Shown one piece after another: positions 15,891 through 22,974 of a stretch of 26,671 nt of DNA. Both the position numbers and the translations under genes were made by a program. Numbering within the stretch: the first letter of the stretch is position 1; every line of letters starts with the position of its first letter. The notes under the pieces were generated by a model. The model was not told where the DNA came from, did not search any database, and saw only the letters and a program-made list of their open reading frames with translations. The stretch comes from a virus. Taxonomy: Duplodnaviria; Caudoviricetes. The stretch lies in IMG/VR virus record IMGVR_UViG_3300032218_002699, positions 1 through 26,671 of that record; one strand, written 5' to 3'.

Positions 15891-15899
15891 ATTATATCA
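15891..15899 (-). promoter_or_regulatory. Extended -10 promoter (TGaTATAAT) for the SSB gene
   Basis: The primase TGA stop is immediately followed by TATAAT; AAGGAG RBS downstream. Confidence 0.65.
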
Positions 15900-16850
15900 C
15901 AAAATAGCATATTCAAAATGCGGAATTGCATTCTTAATACACTGTTTAATTTCTTCATCTGTCATATCGCCAACATCTTTTGCGCCATGAGGGTATATAA
16001 CATTATGGTCATAATAAGCCCATAGTATATCTTTATTCTTTAATTTATTAGCAATATGTGAACCTAATGCCCTACCTGCTAAATCGTTATCAGTCATAAG
16101 TATGATTGTAGATGAATACTTATTTAAATGTTGAATGTTTGTATCTGATATGCTTCCACCTAAAGTTGCTACAGCATTTGGAAAACCCGCTTGCCATAAA
16201 CGAATAGCATCAAAGCTAGACTCTACAACTATAATAGTTCCACCTTGACGTTTAGCCCTATGTAGATTAAACATAGTTTTATTACGTGGAAGGTTTGGGC
16301 TATTCTTGAATGACTTACCTTCAATTGATCTTCCAATAACTCCTACTGCAATTCCGTCTGGAGAATGTAGCGGGACTGTTACCATTCCTTGTTTTTGTGA
16401 ATATCCCAAACTAAAATAATCAATAGCATCAAGGTTAATATTTCTTGTAGCATAATAATTTTTTGCCTCCTCAGTAACTCCATCATGTAAAGACTTTAAT
16501 GTTTCACTTGAAAATTCTGTAAACTCTGGTTTATCTTCTAATAAGTCTGCAAGTTCTTGTTCTAGTAATTCTTCAGATGTTAACTTATTTGATTGTATAA
16601 ATCTAAGTGCTTCGAAGTCATTTCTACCAGTAAGTTCTTTTACTAAATCTAGTATGGTCCCGCCCACATTACAAGAAGGGTTATAACAAACATAAAGCCC
16701 TTTTGCATAACTAACAGCAAAAGAAGGTGTGTCCATATTTCTATGAAAAGGACATAGGCATAAAAAATCAGTACCAGTCTCAGAAACTATATCAACATTT
16801 GCGGAACGCAAAATAGAGCGTAAATCCGCTCTGCTATATGTGTCTGCCAT
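15897..16850 (-). CDS. dnaG: DnaG-type DNA primase
   Basis: CPFH...TPSF...CYNPSC zinc finger; Toprim VESSFD, ATLG and TDNDLAG. Confidence 0.93.
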   Translation of the reverse strand: MADTYSRADLRSILRSANVDIVSETGTDFLCLCPFHRNMDTPSFAVSYAKGLYVCYNPSCNVGGTILDLVKELTGRNDFEALRFIQSNKLTSEELLEQELADLLEDKPEFTEFSSETLKSLHDGVTEEAKNYYATRNINLDAIDYFSLGYSQKQGMVTVPLHSPDGIAVGVIGRSIEGKSFKNSPNLPRNKTMFNLHRAKRQGGTIIVVESSFDAIRLWQAGFPNAVATLGGSISDTNIQHLNKYSSTIILMTDNDLAGRALGSHIANKLKNKDILWAYYDHNVIYPHGAKDVGDMTDEEIKQCIKNAIPHFEYAIL

Positions 16851-16852
16851 TT

Positions 16853-17140
16853 TTATCCTTTAGGTATTAAACTCTGTCCTGAAAAACCTTCATATTTTTT
16901 TGCTTTAGCTTTACCAAGATAAATCCCATACATAACTAGGTTGAAAGTATAGTGATCTTTATCCTTATTATATTTTACATTAAATTGTGGCTGCATGTCA
17001 AGGACAGGAATATAACCTTTGTCTCGCATCTGCTGGACCAAAAGTCTTTCATAATTCTCCCTTGAGCTTTGGAATTTAGCATCATCTTTTATAATACCAG
17101 ATATCCAAAAGTCATGTATTTTTCTCGGGTACATGATCAC
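16853..17140 (-). CDS. Hypothetical phage protein
   Basis: ORF track; promoter upstream; start could be 17140 or 17134. Confidence 0.75.
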   Translation of the reverse strand: MIMYPRKIHDFWISGIIKDDAKFQSSRENYERLLVQQMRDKGYIPVLDMQPQFNVKYNKDKDHYTFNLVMYGIYLGKAKAKKYEGFSGQSLIPKG

Positions 17141-17154
17141 CTATCTTTGTATAA

Positions 17155-17163
17155 ATTATACCA
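17155..17163 (-). promoter_or_regulatory. Extended -10 promoter (TGgTATAAT)
   Basis: TGGTATAAT with ATGACA 16 nt upstream of the hexamer. Confidence 0.6.
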
Positions 17164-17192
17164 AGATGAGCATACATGTCATAGTGCTAACA

Positions 17193-18419
17193 CTAATTTA
17201 TTGGTTGCTCGTAAACTTCCTTTACAATTCCCCGATTAATATCCCAATCTAAATAGAATGCAAACTCTGTGCCATGTCTATTTTTACGACTTACAACTTC
17301 CATAATATTGTTATCTGGCATCTTATGAACAGCAATAGCCATATCTGCATCATATTCAATTGCTTTAGACCAAGCCACCTGATTTAGCATTGGTGGTGAG
17401 TCATGATCTGAAGTTTCTTCTGCTGTTGCTGCTGTAATATCAATTACTGGAATATTGTTTCTCACAGCAAGCATTTTAAACTCACGAGAAATATTCATAT
17501 TACGCTCTGTTGGAGCTTTTGAATTATTTGAATCTCCAAATAGTTGATGATAATCAAGAATCACCAAGTCTGGTTTATGCTGATCAATTTTAGCTTGAAT
17601 TGTTGTAGGTGTTACCTGACCAGAACCTTCATTAGATACTAGAATAAACTGATTCTTATCTGAAAACTTTTTAGTTCCCCAATCATCAAATACGTCCATA
17701 TCAATAGCGCCTCTAGAGAAATCTGAAGCTTTGAACAACCCGCTGCCCAACATAGTATAGATTCGGTCACGCATATTCTCAGGGGTCATTTCAAGAGACA
17801 CAATCATAGGTTTAAAGCCCTGTTCCCAGGCTTTGCAGGCCAAATAAGACGAGAACCAAGTCTTACCCTTACCTGGCCAACCAATCATCACTATAAGGTG
17901 TCCTGGGGCCATTCCAGTGGGGTAGGCATAGTCTATGGCTTTAAAGCCTGTCATAATTCCTGGAGATCCGCCCATAGCATCTGAACGATTCTTTACTGCT
18001 TCAAAATGTTGTGCAGCAGCCTTAAAATCAGTTAAATCAACATCTCTAACATTGGCAGTCAATTTTCCAAGAGACATAAGCTCTCTTTGCATATCAGCAA
18101 TAATTCTAGATGAGGCGTTGTTCTTCAAACTTTGCCCAGACGTAAGAAGAAGATTTCTGATTCTTCCCGCCAAATATTCATTCTTTAATTGATCAAGGTA
18201 GTATGCGGTTTCTCCCTTTACCTTTTGTGGCTCGAAATCTTTAAATCTTTCTGTAAGCACTGAAATATCTGGTACAGCCTTAAACTTCATATAGTAAGAC
18301 TTTAAACCTTCCCATACATCTTTATGGGATACAAATATTTCATCAATGTTGTTTGCTAATACGGTAGAGATATCTTTATTTTCACATACTGCTGTGATTA
18401 CTGCTGCCTCATTGTTCAT
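17193..18419 (-). CDS. dnaB: DnaB-like replicative helicase
   Basis: GWPGKGKT, SLEM, ILDY, ISREFK, IEYDAD and KNRHG SF4 motifs. Confidence 0.95.
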   Translation of the reverse strand: MNNEAAVITAVCENKDISTVLANNIDEIFVSHKDVWEGLKSYYMKFKAVPDISVLTERFKDFEPQKVKGETAYYLDQLKNEYLAGRIRNLLLTSGQSLKNNASSRIIADMQRELMSLGKLTANVRDVDLTDFKAAAQHFEAVKNRSDAMGGSPGIMTGFKAIDYAYPTGMAPGHLIVMIGWPGKGKTWFSSYLACKAWEQGFKPMIVSLEMTPENMRDRIYTMLGSGLFKASDFSRGAIDMDVFDDWGTKKFSDKNQFILVSNEGSGQVTPTTIQAKIDQHKPDLVILDYHQLFGDSNNSKAPTERNMNISREFKMLAVRNNIPVIDITAATAEETSDHDSPPMLNQVAWSKAIEYDADMAIAVHKMPDNNIMEVVSRKNRHGTEFAFYLDWDINRGIVKEVYEQPIN

Positions 18420-18741
18420 TATCTATCTCCTCTACCATAAGCTTTGTTTTGTTTCTTATTAATTCTCTACGAGTTTTATCTTCTTGTGATTGCTGAAGCG
18501 ATAAATCTAATTTTTCAAAGTTATAAAAGAACCAAGAGATAGGGTGGCCAGACTTTGTTGTTTTAAAATAATACTCAAGCAATTCTTTTGCTCTATCGTG
18601 CCCAACGCTATCAACAACATCTTGCATTGCCCATTTTTCTCTATATCGGTTTACAACGGCAGTTTTTTTATAACTCTCTTTATATAGAGCACAATAAAGC
18701 GAAACTAAACCATAGGCTTGCTTTGCTTCATCTTTTGTCAT
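18409..18741 (-). CDS. Hypothetical protein upstream of the helicase (possible loader)
   Basis: ORF track; coupled to dnaB. Function inferred from position only. Confidence 0.65.
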   Translation of the reverse strand: MTKDEAKQAYGLVSLYCALYKESYKKTAVVNRYREKWAMQDVVDSVGHDRAKELLEYYFKTTKSGHPISWFFYNFEKLDLSLQQSQEDKTRRELIRNKTKLMVEEIDNEQ

Positions 18742-18959
18742 TTCTTTTCTTTTCCGCCTTTTAGCTCTTCTTCAATTTCGTTAACTTTTTCCATTAACTT
18801 CTTCTCTACGAAATCATACACCCTATTTGTTGCTTCGTCAACATTTGCATCTGTTGAGCGTACTTGATCTTCTACTCCTATTGAAACTTTAAGACTTTCA
18901 TAATTTCCTAAATTTCTAGTAAACTGTAATTCAACTCTAACGTTCGTCTGGTTGTTCAT
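18738..18959 (-). CDS. Hypothetical phage protein (NLGNYES motif)
   Basis: TRNLGNYESLKV motif; coupled. Confidence 0.75.
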   Translation of the reverse strand: MNNQTNVRVELQFTRNLGNYESLKVSIGVEDQVRSTDANVDEATNRVYDFVEKKLMEKVNEIEEELKGGKEKK

Positions 18960-19176
18960 CTTTTATTACCTCTTCTTTGTCGGCAAAAGCAAATCCTGCT
19001 TTAAACTTTTTAGCACCTTTATCTGATAAATGCTGGTATAACATCATTAGTCTATCAGAAATAGCTATCATTGTCTCTAGGTCTTCTTTTTCTACTGCTA
19101 ATTCCATAGCATGCTCTAAAACTAATAGGGCTTGATTAAGAACAGTTCTGGATTCTTTATTCATTTTATCTACCAT
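18937..19176 (-). CDS. Hypothetical protein
   Basis: ORF track; ATG at 19176 overlaps the upstream stop. Confidence 0.7.
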   Translation of the reverse strand: MVDKMNKESRTVLNQALLVLEHAMELAVEKEDLETMIAISDRLMMLYQHLSDKGAKKFKAGFAFADKEEVIKDEQPDER

Positions 19177-19685
19177 TCTGGTTGCTTCCAAACTGGTACA
19201 AAATTTCCATCATCATCTTTAACATATAAAATATTTTCCTGTCTCATAATTGCTTCTATCTCAGCCCTGCTTGGCATATTGCCTGGAGTAATTTCTCCAT
19301 CTATTCTTGGTCTTCCCCTGTGAACTGTTTTAAAAAATTCATGCATATCTCTTACATCATCTTGACTCCAATAATACTTACCTGGAGTTTTGTTTCCATT
19401 TAAAGAATAAACTTGTTCTGGATACTTTAAATTACCCGCATATAAATGTCTTTTAATTGTATCTTCATGCTTTCCAATAATTTTTACAACTTTAGATATT
19501 GGGTAAGCATGCTGCATTGCTTTATTCACTTCTGATAAATTATAAGCAACACGCTTACCCATTTGATAGTTCCAAGATACAAGTAGGTCTTCAGCCCTTG
19601 ATTGACGAAGCACTTTATGCAGCTGACTATTTAGATAGAAATACCTAAACCGCTGTGGAGTCTTTCTTCTTTTTTTGTCAACCAT
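19170..19685 (-). CDS. Putative HTH DNA-binding protein
   Basis: YPISKVVKIIGKHEDTIKR...YYWSQDDV resembles a MerR/excisionase-like HTH; start uncertain. Confidence 0.65.
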   Translation of the reverse strand: MVDKKRRKTPQRFRYFYLNSQLHKVLRQSRAEDLLVSWNYQMGKRVAYNLSEVNKAMQHAYPISKVVKIIGKHEDTIKRHLYAGNLKYPEQVYSLNGNKTPGKYYWSQDDVRDMHEFFKTVHRGRPRIDGEITPGNMPSRAEIEAIMRQENILYVKDDDGNFVPVWKQPEW

Positions 19686-19813
19686 TTTCCGAATGCATAC
19701 TCTTTCTTGATCATCCATCTATTCCCACACATAATGCAATATAGTTCGATCCTGAGTTTTTGGGAATAAACTCTATCTATAAAAACTCTACCATTGCATT
19801 TTTTACAGTACAT
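19631..19813 (-). CDS. Zn-ribbon protein
   Basis: CKKCNG...CIMCG. Confidence 0.72.
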   Translation of the reverse strand: MYCKKCNGRVFIDRVYSQKLRIELYCIMCGNRWMIKKEYAFGKWLTKKEERLHSGLGISI

Positions 19814-19837
19814 TATTAAGTTATCTTCTGCTTAGTT

Positions 19838-20164
19838 TTACTTAGCAGCAGCTTTCTTTTTAGGTGTTGCCTTTTTTGCAACAGACTTAGCTGCTTGTTT
19901 CTGATCGTAACGAGCGTCTGCGCCATTACCAGTTTGAACTGCTGCTTGTGCAACAATACCAAATGCTGGATCCTTTTTATTAGCATATCTTAAAATGACT
20001 GGGACAAGTGATGCCCATAGTGCATTTGCAACCAACTTCCATTGCTCAGAACCAAAATTGGTAACTGAAATATTACTGGTAGCAGTAACAATTGTTACAG
20101 CGCCAATAACTTGACCTATTAGGTTTCTAACATAAGATTCAATCATCGCTGAGTTAATCTTCAT
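19838..20164 (-). CDS. Holin-like membrane protein with Lys/Ala-rich tail
   Basis: ATG at 20164 after an AAAGGAG RBS; two hydrophobic segments, N..DPAFG motif, tail AAKSVAKKATPKKKAAAK. Confidence 0.6.
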   Translation of the reverse strand: MKINSAMIESYVRNLIGQVIGAVTIVTATSNISVTNFGSEQWKLVANALWASLVPVILRYANKKDPAFGIVAQAAVQTGNGADARYDQKQAAKSVAKKATPKKKAAAK

Positions 20165-20184
20165 ATTTTTTTCTCCTTTGTAGT

Positions 20185-20940
20185 TTAGACAGAAAATACT
20201 TTTCCATCTACCACACACGTATAATCATTTGTTATCTGAATTAGCTGCATGTGTGGGTAATCATTGACGACATGTGCAATTGCAAAACCTGCCTGCCAAT
20301 TTTTTTGTATGGAATAATCCATTTGTGTTTCATCGCATAGGTGGCCAATTTCATATCCACGAAGTTCTTGACCTGTGATATTGTATGTTTGAAAATAAGC
20401 TCCCATGCGATGAGAGTGTCCACGAACTAAGGATATACCAAAGTTGTTTACATCGTTACGTACAGATTCTCCAGAGTGTTTTGAAATGGACTCACCATGA
20501 TGACCATACATATCACCAAAGCGTTTAACTGGTGGTGCATCATAATGATGCCAGTTAAAGCCGTACTTATTATATTCATAGAGTGTATCTGGTGTAACGA
20601 AATCTAAAAATGTTGGAGCTTTCTTTGCCAAGTATTCTCCATGTCTTGTCCATCCGTGATTACCATCATGAAAATGACAGTCTGCATTGGGAACAAGTTC
20701 TCTAATATCTTTTAAGAACTCTCTAGTTCCTTGAACTCCGCCCTCCATAATTGAAGCAAGTTCATCTGGAGTCCCGTCTGCCCAACGACTTGTTGAATCA
20801 GCATCATCAATATCACCTAATAGGTCTACTGCATCTGGTTTCCAAGCCTTCATTACTTTTAAAAATAATTCTACTTTTCTTGGATCGTGTCTAGGAAAGT
20901 GAACATCCGAAACCATCATCCATTTTAAATCATTAGCCAT
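20185..20940 (-). CDS. Calcineurin-like metallophosphoesterase
   Basis: SDVH, GDIDD, GNH, HHG and GHSH motifs. Confidence 0.9.
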   Translation of the reverse strand: MANDLKWMMVSDVHFPRHDPRKVELFLKVMKAWKPDAVDLLGDIDDADSTSRWADGTPDELASIMEGGVQGTREFLKDIRELVPNADCHFHDGNHGWTRHGEYLAKKAPTFLDFVTPDTLYEYNKYGFNWHHYDAPPVKRFGDMYGHHGESISKHSGESVRNDVNNFGISLVRGHSHRMGAYFQTYNITGQELRGYEIGHLCDETQMDYSIQKNWQAGFAIAHVVNDYPHMQLIQITNDYTCVVDGKVFSV

Positions 20941-21475
20941 TGTTTTCCTTTTTGGTTACGAAACACTGTACAGTGATTCTGAATTTGTTATCTGCTTTAA
21001 CTGGGCTAATACCATGTAGTGCTGCTGAGTTATTAACCATTGCTGAATTAAATGAAGGAAGAACAGATTTCCATTCTTGTGATTCTTCATCAAACCAATT
21101 GAACATCCCGCCATCATTATATTTCCATTCTTTATTTAAATAAATGGTGATAGCTTTTCCATGTGGATCTGAGTGCTCTGCTATATAAGAATTTTTTGTC
21201 CATACATAAAGCATTACCTGCCCATATGTGGGTAGGTTATCTTCTTCTGGATTTAAAATTCCTTGAGCCTGCATTTGTGTGTTGAATTGATCAACTAATT
21301 CTTGTGGCATTCTTATGCATATTACGGGAGCGCTGTCATAGACAATATTGTTATCCCACGCTTTATTTAGATAAAAAGAAACAGGATCTTTTCTTTTATC
21401 TCTTACTGTGTCATCTGCAAATTGATATAAAAAGGTCGCAAAATCTTCAGTTAAAACTGATTTATACTGTTTCAT
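20933..21475 (-). CDS. 2OG-Fe(II) oxygenase, prolyl-4-hydroxylase-like
   Basis: HSD...ITIYLN..W....GG.F...LHGISPV...RIT: HxD...H...R facial triad pattern. Confidence 0.85.
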   Translation of the reverse strand: MKQYKSVLTEDFATFLYQFADDTVRDKRKDPVSFYLNKAWDNNIVYDSAPVICIRMPQELVDQFNTQMQAQGILNPEEDNLPTYGQVMLYVWTKNSYIAEHSDPHGKAITIYLNKEWKYNDGGMFNWFDEESQEWKSVLPSFNSAMVNNSAALHGISPVKADNKFRITVQCFVTKKENNG

Positions 21476-21497
21476 ATTTTATCTTTCTCTTATACTT

Positions 21498-21527
21498 ATT
21501 GTACCGACATAGTACTATTTTTGTCAA
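21498..21527 (-). promoter_or_regulatory. Promoter TTGACA-18-TACAAT for the oxygenase gene
   Basis: -35 at 21522-21527 contains the HNH TGA stop; -10 at 21498-21503. Confidence 0.7.
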
Positions 21528-21784
21528 GCGACATGAGCTTTATCATGTTCTTTTCTTGAACAAAGAAATAAATTAATTATTCTATTATCTGTCTTTATTT
21601 CATTAATGTGGTGGATGGTTTCCCAATCCTCCAAAATTCTATCTATTTGACTTTCTATTATAAGCCTATGCTCGTAATAAAAACCTTTAAAGTTTTTAGG
21701 ATGTTCTGGTATTTTTATCAAAACATATCCTTCTTTACTTACTTTCCTATCTCGTTTTACCCAACTTTTGATAGGTTGGTACAT
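21524..21784 (-). CDS. HNH endonuclease
   Basis: GYV...EHRLI...IHHINEIKTDNRIINL...EH. Confidence 0.9.
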   Translation of the reverse strand: MYQPIKSWVKRDRKVSKEGYVLIKIPEHPKNFKGFYYEHRLIIESQIDRILEDWETIHHINEIKTDNRIINLFLCSRKEHDKAHVA

Positions 21785-21787
21785 TTT

Positions 21788-22183
21788 TTATGCTTGTACC
21801 CCTGTTGCATATCCCCACGCTTGTGCACCCGTAATTTTAGGTAAACCAGCAGGGTCTACTACTACCGTGACTACATTTCCGCTAATTTTTGTAACAACAT
21901 AAGACCATCCAGTTTTTGCTGCTGCATATGGCATCATTCCAAACCATTCTACAGTTTTCAATTTTTCAAAAGTAAATGTAATGGTTGTTGATTTAATTGT
22001 AGTTGCTTTTTTAATTTGTGAAGTAACTGTAGATACACTGTTGGTTCCAGCTGCATTATCAATGGTCAAAGCACTAGTTGCTGATAGCGAATCTACTGTT
22101 GAACGTAAAGAAGATAATTCTGTTATTATAGCCTGAATTGTAGCGTAATCAATTACTGCGTTATCATTTGGTGTTACTGCCAT
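21788..22183 (-). CDS. Hypothetical protein, probably tail-associated
   Basis: ORF track; Thr/Val-rich; lies in the tail block. Confidence 0.7.
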   Translation of the reverse strand: MAVTPNDNAVIDYATIQAIITELSSLRSTVDSLSATSALTIDNAAGTNSVSTVTSQIKKATTIKSTTITFTFEKLKTVEWFGMMPYAAAKTGWSYVVTKISGNVVTVVVDPAGLPKITGAQAWGYATGVQA

Positions 22184-22575
22184 TATAGTTTCTCCCCTTC
22201 GGAATGTATTGAAATTTCTTTCTGACCTACATCCACAATATCACAATTTAACCATTTAAGCACATCTGGATCTGTTATATGCCTGCGTTTTGAATCGCTT
22301 ATAAGATATATTTTACCATCTGATATGTCCTTGACCAAAGATCCATCTCTAAATCCTAGTAGACCACTTATTGGTGATCCCGCCATCATTGCTTCTTTTG
22401 TTTCGATAATGGGCAGGGCCCAAGAAGACATGGCTCTATCAGATACAAACCTAAATCTCTTTTTACCTTTAACATAAAAATACCCTATCTCTGTATGAGA
22501 TATTAGTCCACTTGGAACAATGGGATTATATGCTTTAGTTTGAGATTTTTTCTTCAAGGCTTTTAGAATAATCAT
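22183..22575 (-). CDS. Hypothetical protein with a duplicated YxI...KRR motif
   Basis: YFYVKGKKRFRF and IYLISDSKRRHI internal repeats. Confidence 0.72.
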   Translation of the reverse strand: MIILKALKKKSQTKAYNPIVPSGLISHTEIGYFYVKGKKRFRFVSDRAMSSWALPIIETKEAMMAGSPISGLLGFRDGSLVKDISDGKIYLISDSKRRHITDPDVLKWLNCDIVDVGQKEISIHSEGEKL

Positions 22576-22717
22576 CCTTTGCCTTTTCTACTTCTTTTTC
22601 TTTTTCAACAAGCTGAGTAATCTCTGCTCTAAGGATAGCAACCTGTGTTTCATAATTTGAAACAAGTTCGCCAATACGTTGCTGTAATGCAGTAATTATT
22701 AGTTCTGCCTTATCCAT
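22535..22717 (-). CDS. Small coiled-coil protein
   Basis: AGAAAG RBS; heptad pattern. Confidence 0.7.
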   Translation of the reverse strand: MDKAELIITALQQRIGELVSNYETQVAILRAEITQLVEKEKEVEKAKDDYSKSLEEKISN

Positions 22718-22732
22718 TTTTATCTCTTTCTA

Positions 22733-22948
22733 TTATTTTAGTTTGTTTTTTTCTGCTTCAAGAGCAGTAATTTGATCTGAATAATCAGTAATTATTTGAT
22801 TTATCTTATCAATAACTGATTGTTCTTTGTTTGATCTTGCATTCTCTTCTATAAGAGAAAGCTCAGAATTATACTTGTTCTGAGATATATTTGTTATATG
22901 TGAATTAATAATAGCAATTTTATCTTCGTTTGTCAATATACTAGTCAT
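22733..22948 (-). CDS. Small coiled-coil protein
   Basis: AAGGAGG RBS and upstream extended -10. Confidence 0.72.
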   Translation of the reverse strand: MTSILTNEDKIAIINSHITNISQNKYNSELSLIEENARSNKEQSVIDKINQIITDYSDQITALEAEKNKLK

Positions 22949-22963
22949 ATTTCCTCCTTTCTT

Positions 22964-22972
22964 ATTATATCA
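22964..22972 (-). promoter_or_regulatory. Extended -10 promoter (TGaTATAAT)
   Basis: Two nt after the tail gene stop and upstream of an AAGGAGG RBS. Confidence 0.6.
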
Positions 22973-22974
22973 TA

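Noticed and set aside
17167-17196. CIRCE-like inverted repeat (TTAGCACT...)
   Set aside because: The second half-site and the spacing do not match TTAGCACTC-N9-GAGTGCTAA.
3256-18419. Inteins or introns in terL, recA, dnaE or dnaB
   Set aside because: Lengths are ordinary, motifs are contiguous, and no splice-junction or LAGLIDADG signature was seen.
19828-19848. Hairpin at the end of the holin-like gene as a terminator
   Set aside because: Mismatched stem, 3-nt loop and no U-tract.
20933-21475. TET/JBP DNA dioxygenase identity
   Set aside because: The IYLN..W...GG pattern fits the prolyl-hydroxylase-like clade better, and no methyltransferase is adjacent.
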